From contig CAVPLT010000001.1 of assembly GCA_963706325.1 (NCBI GenBank), forward strand, positions 1,088,001 to 1,152,000: 64,000 nucleotides of DNA. Direction: 5' to 3'. Below the pieces are notes generated by a model that did not search any database, was not told the DNA's origin, and saw only the letters and a list, made by a program, of their open reading frames with translations. The DNA comes from an uncultured Nitrospiraceae bacterium (GTDB lineage: Bacteria > Nitrospirota > Nitrospiria > Nitrospirales > Nitrospiraceae). This document shows, one piece after another, positions 22,136 through 31,819 of this stretch; the stretch's first letter is position 1, and every line of letters starts with the position of its first letter. A program made the position numbers and the translations under genes.

Positions 22136-22946
22136 TCCAATTCCGGCCCGACTGATCGCATTCCTCGGCGGCGGGCACATGGCAGAGGCTCTGATCGGCG
22201 GTATGCTGGCCGCACATGTCGGGGACCCTTCCTCCATCTATGCCACCGATCCTCTGGCCGTCCGACGGGAGGTGCTCAAGGCGCGCTTCAGCATCCAGGT
22301 GGATGAGCATAATACGACGGCTGTTCGCGCGGCTGATCTGGTGGTCTTGGCAGTGAAGCCGCAGGCGCTGCCGGCGCTGCTCACTGAGGTTGGACCGGCC
22401 CTGAGCGGGAAATTAGTCGTGTCTATCGTCGCCGGGGTGACCACTGCTTGGATTCGTGAACGAATCCAAGCGCCAAGAGGCATCGTGCGGGCCATGCCGA
22501 ATACGCCGGCGCTCGTGCGCGCTGGGGCGACGGCGTTGGCCTATGAGACGGACCTCGCGCCTGGTGATGTAGCCGCGGTGCGGGCTCTGTTCGAGGCGGT
22601 TGGGTCGGTGGTATTGGTCGAGGAGCGCCTTATGGATGCGGTGACAGGGTTGAGCGGAAGTGGGCCGGCCTACATATTCGTGGCGATCGAAGCTTTGGCC
22701 GACGGTGGCGTGAAGATGGGATTGCCGCGGGCGACCGCAGAACTACTGGCCGCGCAGACGGTATTAGGCGCCGCTCGCATGGTCTTGGAGCGAGGGGAGC
22801 ATCCGGCCCAATTGAAGGACCAGGTCGCGTCGCCGGGAGGCACCACCATTGCCGGTCTGCATCAGTTGGAGGCCGGCGGCATACGAAGCTGTTTGATGGC
22901 GGCCGTCGAAGCCGCGACGAAACGATCACAGGAGTTGGGACGCTGA
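22128..22946 (+). CDS. proC: Pyrroline-5-carboxylate reductase
   Basis: GGGHMA, LAVKPQ, RAMPNTP, SGSGPAY and SPGGTTIAG motifs. Confidence 0.95.
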   Translation: MTNPIPARLIAFLGGGHMAEALIGGMLAAHVGDPSSIYATDPLAVRREVLKARFSIQVDEHNTTAVRAADLVVLAVKPQALPALLTEVGPALSGKLVVSIVAGVTTAWIRERIQAPRGIVRAMPNTPALVRAGATALAYETDLAPGDVAAVRALFEAVGSVVLVEERLMDAVTGLSGSGPAYIFVAIEALADGGVKMGLPRATAELLAAQTVLGAARMVLERGEHPAQLKDQVASPGGTTIAGLHQLEAGGIRSCLMAAVEAATKRSQELGR

Positions 22947-23242
22947 TGTTTGTGATGAGCAACGTGCTGCAGGGTGCAGCGACGGTATTGGATACGGTAT
23001 TGTGGCTCTATATGTGGGTGATTATCGCCCGTGCATTGATTTCGTGGGTCAACCCGGACCCCTGGAATCCGATCGTGCAGTTCTTAGAGCGCGCTACGGA
23101 ACCGGTGCTCGCGCCGATTCGCCGATTGGTTGGGTGGCGTATGAGCATGGATCTCTCTCCGATGATCGCCATCCTGATCCTTGTCTTTTTACAGTATGCC
23201 GTGGTTCAATCGTTACGTGATATCGCCGTGCGGATGCACTAA
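22946..23242 (+). CDS. yggT: YggT family membrane protein
   Basis: ISWV.PDPWNPIV..TEPVL.PIRR..DLSP pattern. Confidence 0.92.
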   Translation: MFVMSNVLQGAATVLDTVLWLYMWVIIARALISWVNPDPWNPIVQFLERATEPVLAPIRRLVGWRMSMDLSPMIAILILVFLQYAVVQSLRDIAVRMH

Positions 23243-23263
23243 CCGTCGGGCAAGAGGTGTCGT

Positions 23264-23776
23264 ATGAAAATCACTCCCATCGACATTCAGCAGATGGTCT
23301 TCCAGGTCAAGTTCCGAGGCTTTGATCGTGATGAAGTCAACCGATTTCTCGAAGAATTGGCCCTGACCGTCGAAAATTTGAACCGGGACAACAGTGTGTT
23401 GCGCGACAAGTTGACCATCACGGAGCAACAGGTCGCCGATTTGCGGCGCACTGAGTCGACGCTCTCGAATACGTTAGTCTCAGCTCAGACAATTGCCGAA
23501 GATGTCAAGCGATCCGCGCAGCGGGAGGCCGATCTGATTTTGAAGGAGGCCGAGTTGAAGGCCAGCGAAATTATCCGCCAGGCCAGAGTGAGTCTATCCG
23601 AGATGCAACGCGGCGTGGCAGATCTGCAAAAACAACGGCTGATGATGGTGGAACGATTCCGGTCGACCTTGCGTTCGTTTGAACGCATGTTGGAGGTGGA
23701 AGAAAGCGACGCCTACCAATCAGATTCTGCATCGGTCGAGGGAAAGCTGGCCGGCGAATCCAGTTCTGCGCGTTGA
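23264..23776 (+). CDS. divIVA: DivIVA domain protein
   Basis: ITPIDIQQ..F..KFRGFD..EV..FL N-terminal motif followed by a long coiled coil. Confidence 0.9.
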   Translation: MKITPIDIQQMVFQVKFRGFDRDEVNRFLEELALTVENLNRDNSVLRDKLTITEQQVADLRRTESTLSNTLVSAQTIAEDVKRSAQREADLILKEAELKASEIIRQARVSLSEMQRGVADLQKQRLMMVERFRSTLRSFERMLEVEESDAYQSDSASVEGKLAGESSSAR

Positions 23777-23890
23777 AAGTCCGACGCTCTCCTGGAACTC
23801 TGTTCTTTTCTGCGTTTAGATTATCGCCGGCCGAGTTCTTCGCGTCGATCCACACGACTCGTCTAACGAACACGACGTAGACTCTCCTCC

Positions 23891-25021
23891 ATGTCATTCT
23901 CAGACTCTATCCTATCGGCACTGCAGGGGGCCGTCGACGATGGCACGTTTCCCGGTGCCGCGCTTGCCGTCCGGCTCCGGGGGACTGTGGTGTATGAAGG
24001 TGCCGTCGGACGACTCACCTACAAGTCAGCGAGCGACCCCGTCACTCTGCAGACGTGCTACGACCTGGCTTCTCTGACCAAAGCGTTGGCGACCACCACG
24101 GCTTGGGCCCTTTTGATTCAGAATGGAAAGGCTACGCTGGATGATCGGATCGATCGGATTCTTGAGGAGCTCCGAGGTTACCCGGTGGGCGCGGCGACGG
24201 TTCGGCAGTTGCTCGCGCACAGTTCCGGGCTCCCTGGGTGGCGTCCTTACTATGAGCGGATTGCCGCAACTGATTCGACTGTCCCTGGGTTTCTGGGGAG
24301 TCCCGCGACTCGGGACGTCATGCTGGGCTATATCGCGCAGGAGGGCCTGCTCTACGAACAGGGATCGCGCAGCCTCTATAGCGATCTTGGGTTTCTGCTG
24401 CTCGGGTTCAGTGTGGAACGGCTATCGGGTGAATCGCTTGAGCAATTTTGTCGACGGCGCATTTATGATCCGTTGGATGCCCACCCACTGACCTATGCGC
24501 CGCGTAGGCCCCTTGCACTCCATATTGAGCCGCCCGAGTCGGCGTTAGCGATTGCTCCCACCGAAGAAGATACATGGCGTGGGCGAACGCTCCGTGGAGA
24601 GGTGCATGATGAAAATGCGTTTGCATTGGGTGGCGTGGCCGGTCATGCCGGATTGTTCGGGACGGCGAGAGCAGTGCTCATGGTGGCGCAGGCGTGGCTT
24701 GATGGCCGGCGGGGGAAGGCAGGGCTGTTGGCTCAGGAGCTCGTCGCGCGGTTTACAACCCGGCAGCAAACGGTTCCGAATTCCAGTTGGGCCTTGGGTT
24801 GGGATACGCCGTCGGTGCCATCCTCCTCCGGGACGCTGTTTTCTCCCGAGTCGTTCGGACATCTCGGCTACACCGGCACATCCTTATGGATAGATCCGGC
24901 TAGGGAGCTGGCGGTCGTGCTGCTCTCGAACCGTGTGCACCCCACGAGGCGGAATGAGCGCATTCGGGCCTTTCGCCCGCTGATTCACGATCTTGTCTGT
25001 AGGGATATTCTAGGATCCTAA
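23891..25021 (+). CDS. Beta-lactamase-family serine hydrolase (class C / AmiE-like)
   Basis: DLASLTK (SxxK), LLAHSSG, YSDLG, GEVHDENA, GHAGLF and FGHLGYTGTS motifs. Confidence 0.9.
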   Translation: MSFSDSILSALQGAVDDGTFPGAALAVRLRGTVVYEGAVGRLTYKSASDPVTLQTCYDLASLTKALATTTAWALLIQNGKATLDDRIDRILEELRGYPVGAATVRQLLAHSSGLPGWRPYYERIAATDSTVPGFLGSPATRDVMLGYIAQEGLLYEQGSRSLYSDLGFLLLGFSVERLSGESLEQFCRRRIYDPLDAHPLTYAPRRPLALHIEPPESALAIAPTEEDTWRGRTLRGEVHDENAFALGGVAGHAGLFGTARAVLMVAQAWLDGRRGKAGLLAQELVARFTTRQQTVPNSSWALGWDTPSVPSSSGTLFSPESFGHLGYTGTSLWIDPARELAVVLLSNRVHPTRRNERIRAFRPLIHDLVCRDILGS

Positions 25022-25338
25022 GCCGGCAGGTCCGGATAGTCGGTCCAGGTTTCTTTTTCGGCCAGGTACCGCGTGCCTTTGAAATTCAGGCGTGTGCGTA
25101 ACTGAGTAAAACCGAAACTCAGTAGCTTGTCGACGACGGCCTTGACGGCAGCGCCTGTGGTCGGATGCGCGGCACCTTCAACAGCGAACGCTTCATAGGT
25201 GACCTTCCCGGTATACCCTGCCGCCACACGATTGACGAGCACGGCCCGATTGAACGAGCGATCACTTGGATCCATCCCCTCGACCTGATGTCGTTCGATT
25301 AATCCCTCTTTTTTGAAGAGGAGGGGTAGCCCGCTCAT
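25018..25338 (-). CDS. Hypothetical protein
   Basis: 106-aa ORF with a GGAGG SD and a near-consensus promoter upstream. Confidence 0.7.
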   Translation of the reverse strand: MSGLPLLFKKEGLIERHQVEGMDPSDRSFNRAVLVNRVAAGYTGKVTYEAFAVEGAAHPTTGAAVKAVVDKLLSFGFTQLRTRLNFKGTRYLAEKETWTDYPDLPA

Positions 25339-25380
25339 AGAATCCTCCGTCGATCAGTCATCAACCAGTCGAAGATCCAG

Positions 25381-25445
25381 ATTATAGGGACCTGCTTGCT
25401 GGAGTGCAACCGTCGTTGACAAGGTTCCGTATGCCTTTCTATGAT
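25381..25445. promoter_or_regulatory. Back-to-back divergent sigma70 promoters
   Basis: Minus strand TTGCAC (25409-25404)-N17-TATAAT (25386-25381). Plus strand TTGACA (25416-25421)-N18-TATGAT (25440-25445). Confidence 0.65.
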
Positions 25446-25502
25446 GCGCGGTCTTCGCGGCATCGCTCGATACCAAAGTCGAAACGAGTCGCGACCTTTT
25501 TC

Positions 25503-26045
25503 ATGAACATGAACGTCCCTAACACCCTCACGATCCTGCGTATTCTGTTAATTCCCGTCTATGTGGGTTTGCTCAACTATGAGCAATTCAATTATGCGCT
25601 GGCGACTCTCTTCATCGCCGGATTGACGGATGCGCTCGACGGCACCATTGCTCGCGTTGCCAACCAGCGGACGCGGCTTGGAGAGGTGCTGGACCCTTTG
25701 GCGGACAAACTCCTGCTCACCACTGGATTCATTACCCTGTCGGTGATGCATCTGGTGCCGCTCTGGATCACCATTCTTGTGGTCAGCCGAGATCTGATGT
25801 TGATGTTGGGAGCGGCGGTCGCGCATTTCACCAATACGCAGGTCGATATTTCACCGACAGCCTTGGGAAAGTGCACCACGCTCATCCAATTGACAACATT
25901 GGTCGCGGTCGTTTTCTTTGCCTCGCGACGGATGGATCTTGCCGTTCTTGATCCGCTCCTATATGTGATGGGCGTCGTCACGCTGCTGTCCGGTCTGCAT
26001 TATCTCTCTCGTGGCTATTGCCACGTCACCTCGGGTCAGACCTAA
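25503..26045 (+). CDS. CDP-alcohol phosphatidyltransferase (PgsA-like)
   Basis: NVPNTLTILR and TDALDG..AR....T.LG..LDPLADK signature. Confidence 0.9.
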   Translation: MNMNVPNTLTILRILLIPVYVGLLNYEQFNYALATLFIAGLTDALDGTIARVANQRTRLGEVLDPLADKLLLTTGFITLSVMHLVPLWITILVVSRDLMLMLGAAVAHFTNTQVDISPTALGKCTTLIQLTTLVAVVFFASRRMDLAVLDPLLYVMGVVTLLSGLHYLSRGYCHVTSGQT

Positions 26046-26110
26046 CTCGCCATCGCCTCACGGCTCCGCCATTGACGGCTTCTCGGCCTGTCTTGTTTTC
26101 CTGCAATCGT

Positions 26111-26139
26111 TTGACAGTTTTTGGGTCGTCTTATAGACT
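26111..26139 (+). promoter_or_regulatory. Sigma70 promoter of pilC
   Basis: TTGACA-N17-TAGACT. Confidence 0.6.
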
Positions 26140-26205
26140 TCGATCATAGTTTCCCACTGCTTTCGTGCGTGCTCGCCTGGCGGTCAAAGGAGTGAAAACG
26201 GCTGT

Positions 26206-27423
26206 ATGAGTACATTCGCTTACGTCGGACGCAACCGCCAAGGTGCCGTGAAAAAAGGCGAGCTCAGCGCCAAGACTAGAGATGAAGCGGTGGACCAGCT
26301 TCGCAAGCAGCAGGTCGTGGTGACCAGCTTGGAGGAAAAATCAGCGAAGGGCGGGAAGCGTAAATTTAGTCTGGGAAGCGGGCTCAATGACAAGGATCTC
26401 GTGGTGTTCACCCGCCAATTCGGGACGATGATCAATGCCGGGTTGCCGTTGATTCAATGTCTCGACATTCTGTCCACCCAATCGGAAAACAAAGTGTTGC
26501 GAGAAACCGTCGGAGACGTCAAGAACAGCGTGGAGGCCGGATCCACATTCTCCGATGCGTTGAAGAAACATCCGAAGGTGTTCGATGAGCTCTACACCAA
26601 CATGATTCACGCCGGGGAAGTCGGCGGCCTGCTGGATACGATTCTCACTCGTTTAGCCAAGCACATCGAAAAGGCGATGAAGCTGAAGGGGCAGATCAAA
26701 TCGGCCATGGTCTATCCCACGGCCATCGTTGGAGTGGCGGTCATTGTCATCAGCGTGCTCATGGTGTGGGTAATCCCGGTATTTGCCCAGATGTTCCTTG
26801 AGATGTCGGGCGGAAAAATCGGCCTGCCGGGTCCGACGCAACTGGTGATCAACGTCAGCAACTTTTTCCAGAGTTACTGGTATGCAATGGGCGGCACACT
26901 TGTGGGCGTGATTATCGCGATCAAGCGGTACTATGCGACGGTCAATGGTCGCATCGTCATCGATCGTCTCCTGCTTAAGATCCCCGTAGTCGGGGACCTG
27001 ATCAGGAAAGCGTCTGTCGCCAAGTTCACGCGTACATTGGGTACACTGATCACGAGCGGCGTGCCATTGCTCGAAGGGCTGAGTATCTGTGCCAAGACCT
27101 CCGGCAACAAGGTGATCGAGGAGGCGCTCATGAATGCCCGAGTGAGCATCAGCGGCGGAAAAACGATTTCTGAACCCCTGGCCAAGTGCAACGTATTTCC
27201 CAAGATGGTGACCCACATGATCGCCGTCGGAGAGTCCACCGGAGCGCTCGATGCCATGCTGGGCAAGATCGCCGATTTTTATGAGGATGAAGTCGACCAG
27301 GCGGTGGACACGCTCACCTCGCTGCTCGAACCGGTCATGATGGTGGTGCTGGGTACCGTGATCGGGTTTATCGTCATCGCGATGTATCTCCCGATCTTCA
27401 CCATGGCACAGGCCATCCAATAA
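26206..27423 (+). CDS. pilC: Type IV pilus platform protein (GspF/PilC family)
   Basis: FTRQF.TMI.AGLPL, AGEVGGLLD, SAMVYP, GESTGALD and AMYLPIF motifs. Confidence 0.93.
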   Translation: MSTFAYVGRNRQGAVKKGELSAKTRDEAVDQLRKQQVVVTSLEEKSAKGGKRKFSLGSGLNDKDLVVFTRQFGTMINAGLPLIQCLDILSTQSENKVLRETVGDVKNSVEAGSTFSDALKKHPKVFDELYTNMIHAGEVGGLLDTILTRLAKHIEKAMKLKGQIKSAMVYPTAIVGVAVIVISVLMVWVIPVFAQMFLEMSGGKIGLPGPTQLVINVSNFFQSYWYAMGGTLVGVIIAIKRYYATVNGRIVIDRLLLKIPVVGDLIRKASVAKFTRTLGTLITSGVPLLEGLSICAKTSGNKVIEEALMNARVSISGGKTISEPLAKCNVFPKMVTHMIAVGESTGALDAMLGKIADFYEDEVDQAVDTLTSLLEPVMMVVLGTVIGFIVIAMYLPIFTMAQAIQ

Positions 27424-27620
27424 CGACGCCGCACCGACGCGTTTATCCTCTGGCGTGAGGGTCCTCCCGAAAAGGCCCGCGCCGCACATCCACAGGCACT
27501 GCACCTACCATGCTGTCCTCGGCTCATCCGATCCGAACCGACGGAGACGATCCTTCCCTGCCCAGTCGAATGTTGCCGTCAATCGCTGTGGCCCTGCCGC
27601 ATCAGGCAGGCGAGCGTTTG

Positions 27621-29315
27621 ATGCCTGAACTCAAAACCAGACTGCATTGGTTAATGGGTCTCCGCGTCGTGGTGGTGACGCTCATGCTGGGCTTGTCGTT
27701 GGCCTTCCACTCGAGGCGCGGCGAGTTTGCCGTCACATTCTCCGCCCTGATCATCTTCACCTACCTCATCACGATTGTGTACGCCCTGCTGACGCGCTAT
27801 TTGACGGCGCCCCGTTCGCTGACGGTGTTTACGTGGGTGCAGGTGGGGATGGATTTTATTCTGGAAACCATCCTCGTCGCGCGGACCGGCGGCATCGAAA
27901 GCCCCTTCGTGGTGCTCTATGTGATTACGGTCACAGTCGCCAGTCTCGTCCCGCGCCGCCGGGTGGGATTGGTGACGGGAGCCGGGTGCACGATATTGTT
28001 TGGGCTCGTCACGATCGTCCAGCATGTCGGTTTTCTCCCGTCCTCCCCTTGGCTGGCCCCGAGCAAGCTTGCGGGACCTGAAACGTGGCAAACGTTCGGC
28101 GTGTATGGCCTGGCCTTCTTAGTCGTGGGACTGTTGAGCGGCGTGCTCGCTGATCAGCTTCGTCGTGCCGATCAATCGTTACAGGAGAAGGAGCAGGGAC
28201 TCTCCCGGCTCCAAGTATTCCATGAAAATATTGTCCGGAGCATCAGCAGCGGAGTCTTCACTACAGACGAAGCGGGCCGAATTACTTCTTTTAATCCGGC
28301 CGCGCATGAGGTGACAGGATATACGTTCGCAGAGGTTCAAGGCCGGTCTTGGCGCGAGGTGTTTAATTGGCATGCCAGCGAAACGACGGACGAGGCCGAA
28401 GTGACGTCGGTGGCTTCCGTTCGGTTTGAGGTGGAATGTCAGCGCGCCGATGGGAGCCGACTCGTGCTGGGAATGACCGTGTCTCCGTTGCATGAACAGG
28501 GTATGCAGCGAGGATTGGTCGGTGTATTCAAGGATCTCACGCAAATTCGATATTTGGAGGAGGAGATGCGTCGGCGAGAGTGGCTCGCCAACTTGGGCGA
28601 AATGTCGGCGGGAATGGCGCACGAAATCCGCAATCCGCTCGGCGCCTTGGCCGGCGCCATGCAGATGCTCCGGCAAGATGTCGGGCCAGACGAAACGAGC
28701 CAGCGATTAATGGACATTGCGATTCGCGAGGCCAAACGGCTCGACAATATTATTTCCGAGTTTTTGCAGTATGCCCGTCCACCCGCATTGAATTTAGTGG
28801 AACATGATTTGAACAAAGTCCTTGCCGATACGCTGGATCTGATTCAACATGAAGCGCGGTCTCGAAAAAGTATTTCGATCGTCACCAAGCTGTCTGCTGA
28901 ACCCCTGCCTGCGCAGGTCGATCACGATCAGCTGAAACAGGTGTTCTGGAATCTTGCCACGAACGCCTTCGAGGCAATGTCGGGTGGAGGCACCCTCACC
29001 ATCACCACGGGGCTGAGGCGAGTCGAGGTCGGCGGCTGCCGCACTGATGTTATCGAAATGGGATTTCAGGATAGTGGAGAAGGTATTCCCAAACAAAATT
29101 TCGATAAAATTTTCCTGCCGTTTTTTACCACAAAAAAAGAAGGGTCCGGGCTGGGGCTGGCCCAGGTGCACCGCATTGTGGAGTTGCACGGCGGATGGGT
29201 CAAAGTTGAGAGTGAGGTCGGGGCCGGGGCACGGTTTGTCGTGTGTCTCCCGCAGTCCGTCGAGACCGGCGTGCCGCTGTGGCATGAAGGAAGGGAACCG
29301 TGGAAAAAATTCTAG
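27621..29315 (+). CDS. pilS: Membrane PAS sensor histidine kinase, PilS-like
   Basis: Multi-TM N-terminus (TGGIESPF), PAS domain, H-box AHEIRNPL and HATPase; lies between pilC and an NtrC-type regulator. Start uncertain (27510-27621). Confidence 0.82.
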   Translation: MPELKTRLHWLMGLRVVVVTLMLGLSLAFHSRRGEFAVTFSALIIFTYLITIVYALLTRYLTAPRSLTVFTWVQVGMDFILETILVARTGGIESPFVVLYVITVTVASLVPRRRVGLVTGAGCTILFGLVTIVQHVGFLPSSPWLAPSKLAGPETWQTFGVYGLAFLVVGLLSGVLADQLRRADQSLQEKEQGLSRLQVFHENIVRSISSGVFTTDEAGRITSFNPAAHEVTGYTFAEVQGRSWREVFNWHASETTDEAEVTSVASVRFEVECQRADGSRLVLGMTVSPLHEQGMQRGLVGVFKDLTQIRYLEEEMRRREWLANLGEMSAGMAHEIRNPLGALAGAMQMLRQDVGPDETSQRLMDIAIREAKRLDNIISEFLQYARPPALNLVEHDLNKVLADTLDLIQHEARSRKSISIVTKLSAEPLPAQVDHDQLKQVFWNLATNAFEAMSGGGTLTITTGLRRVEVGGCRTDVIEMGFQDSGEGIPKQNFDKIFLPFFTTKKEGSGLGLAQVHRIVELHGGWVKVESEVGAGARFVVCLPQSVETGVPLWHEGREPWKKF

Positions 29316-30679
29316 TCGTCGATGACGAGCAAGGGTTACGCGAAGTCCTGAACATTATGTTGAAGCGGTCGGGCTATGCGGTGACACTGGCCTCCGATGG
29401 TGAGGAGGCGATCTCGCACCTTCAAAGAGAAATTTTTGATCTCGTTATCACAGACCTCAAGATGCCTAAAGTGGGTGGCCTGGAGGTATTGAAAGCGGTG
29501 AAAGCCTCATCGCCGGAAACCGTCGTCTTGATGATCACGGCGTTCTCGTCGGCCGAGTCAGCGGTCGAGGCGATGAAACACGGTGCGTACGACTATCTCA
29601 CCAAACCTTTCCAGGTCGACGAAGTGCAGTTGATCATTCGCAATGCGATGGAACGGCGGCGGCTGTCGACGGAGAACATGCTTCTCAAGCGAGAGCTGGC
29701 CAGTCAGTCGTCCTTCTCTCAAATTGTCGGTCAGAGCGAGGCAATGCAGAAGGTGTATGACGTGATCAAGAAGGTGGCCGATTCGAAAAGCAATGTGCTG
29801 ATCGGCGGCGAAAGCGGCACGGGCAAGGAACTGGTGGCGCGGGCGATCCATTACAACAGCGCACGCGCGCCGATGCCGTTCGTGACGGTCAACTGCAGCG
29901 CGGTGCCGGAAACATTGCTGGAAAGCGAGTTGTTCGGCCATATGAAGGGCTCGTTTACGGGTGCGATTGCGAATAAGGCCGGTTTGTTTGAAGTAGCCAA
30001 TGGCGGTACTATTTTCCTGGATGAGATCGGCGATACGACGCCGGCCATACAAGTGAAACTGCTGCGAGTGATTCAAGAACGGGAATTCCGGCGGGTGGGT
30101 GGCACCCACGATGTAAAAGTTGATGTCCGCATCGTGGCCGCCACCAATCGGGATCTCGAAAAGGCGGTGGCCGAAGGCGCCTTCAGGGAAGACCTTTATT
30201 ATCGATTGGATGTGATCCCGATCAAGCTGCCCCCTTTGCGTATGCGCACTGGAGACATTCCGTTGCTGAGTCAACATTTCTTGGAGAAATTTTCGAAGGA
30301 AAGTGGTAAACCAGTTCCGACGATGAGCCAGGAGGCCATGCGCGTGCTGTTGGCGCATGAGTGGCGAGGCAACGTTCGGGAGTTGGAGAACGTGGTCGAA
30401 CGCGTCGTGGCTTTCACCACGGGATCGTCGGTGACGGATGCGGATATTCGCGGATGGCTGCACAAGCCGGTGAGCAATCAGCAGGCCCTCCCGTCGGAGT
30501 TGCCCGAGGACGGCCTGGACTTGGAAGGGCTCATCAACACGATTGAGAAAGGCTTGCTTTTAAAAGCGCTCGAACGGAGTCAGTGGGTCAAGAAGCGAGC
30601 CGCGCGATTGTTGCGGTTGAATACCCGGTCGTTCCGGTACCGTCTCGAAAAATACGAAATCAAAGGAGGACGGGATTAG
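29300..30679 (+). CDS. pilR: Sigma54-dependent response regulator, PilR-like
   Basis: REC domain, GESGTGKE, GSFTGA, FLDEIG and C-terminal HTH. Confidence 0.85.
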   Translation: MEKILVVDDEQGLREVLNIMLKRSGYAVTLASDGEEAISHLQREIFDLVITDLKMPKVGGLEVLKAVKASSPETVVLMITAFSSAESAVEAMKHGAYDYLTKPFQVDEVQLIIRNAMERRRLSTENMLLKRELASQSSFSQIVGQSEAMQKVYDVIKKVADSKSNVLIGGESGTGKELVARAIHYNSARAPMPFVTVNCSAVPETLLESELFGHMKGSFTGAIANKAGLFEVANGGTIFLDEIGDTTPAIQVKLLRVIQEREFRRVGGTHDVKVDVRIVAATNRDLEKAVAEGAFREDLYYRLDVIPIKLPPLRMRTGDIPLLSQHFLEKFSKESGKPVPTMSQEAMRVLLAHEWRGNVRELENVVERVVAFTTGSSVTDADIRGWLHKPVSNQQALPSELPEDGLDLEGLINTIEKGLLLKALERSQWVKKRAARLLRLNTRSFRYRLEKYEIKGGRD

Positions 30680-30699
30680 CGCCGCCCAGTAATCTGCGA

Positions 30700-31599
30700 G
30701 TGAACTCTACCAGCCTGCGTGTTCGGACTCCTGCGAAAGTAAATCTCATTCTCCGTGTCCTCGATCGTCGTCCTGACGGCTTTCATGCCATCTGGTCGTT
30801 GATGCACGCGGTCGGACTTGAAGACGAACTCACACTCACCATCCGGGAGGGCGTCCCTGGTCGGATCGCCTTGCGCTGCGACCACGCCGAACTGTCGGCA
30901 GATCCGACGAATCTAGTGTATCAGGCTGCGCGCTTGGTATTGGACCAGGCCGATCGAGCCGTGGATCTGTCGATCAACCTGAGCAAGCGAATCCCGCTTG
31001 GGGCCGGATTAGGTGGCGGAAGCAGCGATGCAGCCGCCACTATTCTTGGCCTGACGCGCTTGTTAGGATTGGACTGGCCGATTGAGCGAATGTGCGAACT
31101 CGGCCAGCAGTTGGGCAGCGATGTGCCGTTTTTCTTTCTGGCACCCGCCGCTGTGGTCACTGGCAGAGGTGAGCAGGTACGACCGGTACGAGTGAGTGGG
31201 ACCCGGTGGATCGTGCTTGTGAACCCCGGGTTTCCAGTTGAAACCAAATGGGCGTATCAACGGCTTTCCTCGGATAGGCTCGGCGTACGCCCACTCTCCC
31301 CGGCACTCCAGCAGTTAGGCAGCCGATCCGTGCTGGATTGGTCGGAAATTATGCCACTAGTGGAGAACGATTTTGAAGCGCCGGTGTTTACGGAACATCC
31401 GCTGTTGGAAGAGATCAAACAGCGACTCCTGAGCCAGGGAGCTGAAGTGGCTCTGCTCTCCGGAAGCGGCGCTACAATGTTCGGCGTTTTTTCCGACCAA
31501 GCCGGCGCGGAACGGGCCGCGGCTGTGATTGGCCGCGATTCAAAGACGAAAGCCTATGCGGTGCCGACGGCCGGCGCGCCGGTGACCAGTATCGCCTGA
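30700..31599 (+). CDS. ispE: 4-diphosphocytidyl-2-C-methyl-D-erythritol kinase
   Basis: PAKVNL, KRIPLGAGLGGGSSDAA, GSDVPFF and SGSG motifs. Confidence 0.96.
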   Translation: MNSTSLRVRTPAKVNLILRVLDRRPDGFHAIWSLMHAVGLEDELTLTIREGVPGRIALRCDHAELSADPTNLVYQAARLVLDQADRAVDLSINLSKRIPLGAGLGGGSSDAAATILGLTRLLGLDWPIERMCELGQQLGSDVPFFFLAPAAVVTGRGEQVRPVRVSGTRWIVLVNPGFPVETKWAYQRLSSDRLGVRPLSPALQQLGSRSVLDWSEIMPLVENDFEAPVFTEHPLLEEIKQRLLSQGAEVALLSGSGATMFGVFSDQAGAERAAAVIGRDSKTKAYAVPTAGAPVTSIA

Positions 31600-31652
31600 G
31601 CGCTCTGGGACGTCATTCCGCGTGGCGGGTCAACACAGCAGCCTCGATTCGG

Positions 31653-31682
31653 TTGACAACTTCCCAGGCTTTTCGCTATTGT
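31653..31682 (+). promoter_or_regulatory. Sigma70 promoter of prs-rplY-pth
   Basis: TTGACA-N18-TATTGT. Confidence 0.55.
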
Positions 31683-31819
31683 GCTGAGCTTCGGTAGGCG
31701 TCCTCTTGTCCTGAAAGTGCACGAGGCTCAGCGGGATTATTATCTGCCCGTGCCCACCGTTCTACACGATTCGACAAGACCGTAACAGCATCCGCCACGT
31801 ACCGTCTCGAAGGGGTGGA

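Noticed and set aside
31600..31819. Expected tRNA-Gln or riboswitch between ispE and prs; an 11-bp inverted repeat at 31683-31732
   Set aside because: No tRNA D-loop or T-loop motifs are present. The 5' arm of the stem probably starts upstream of the predicted TSS, so it is weak as an RNA element.
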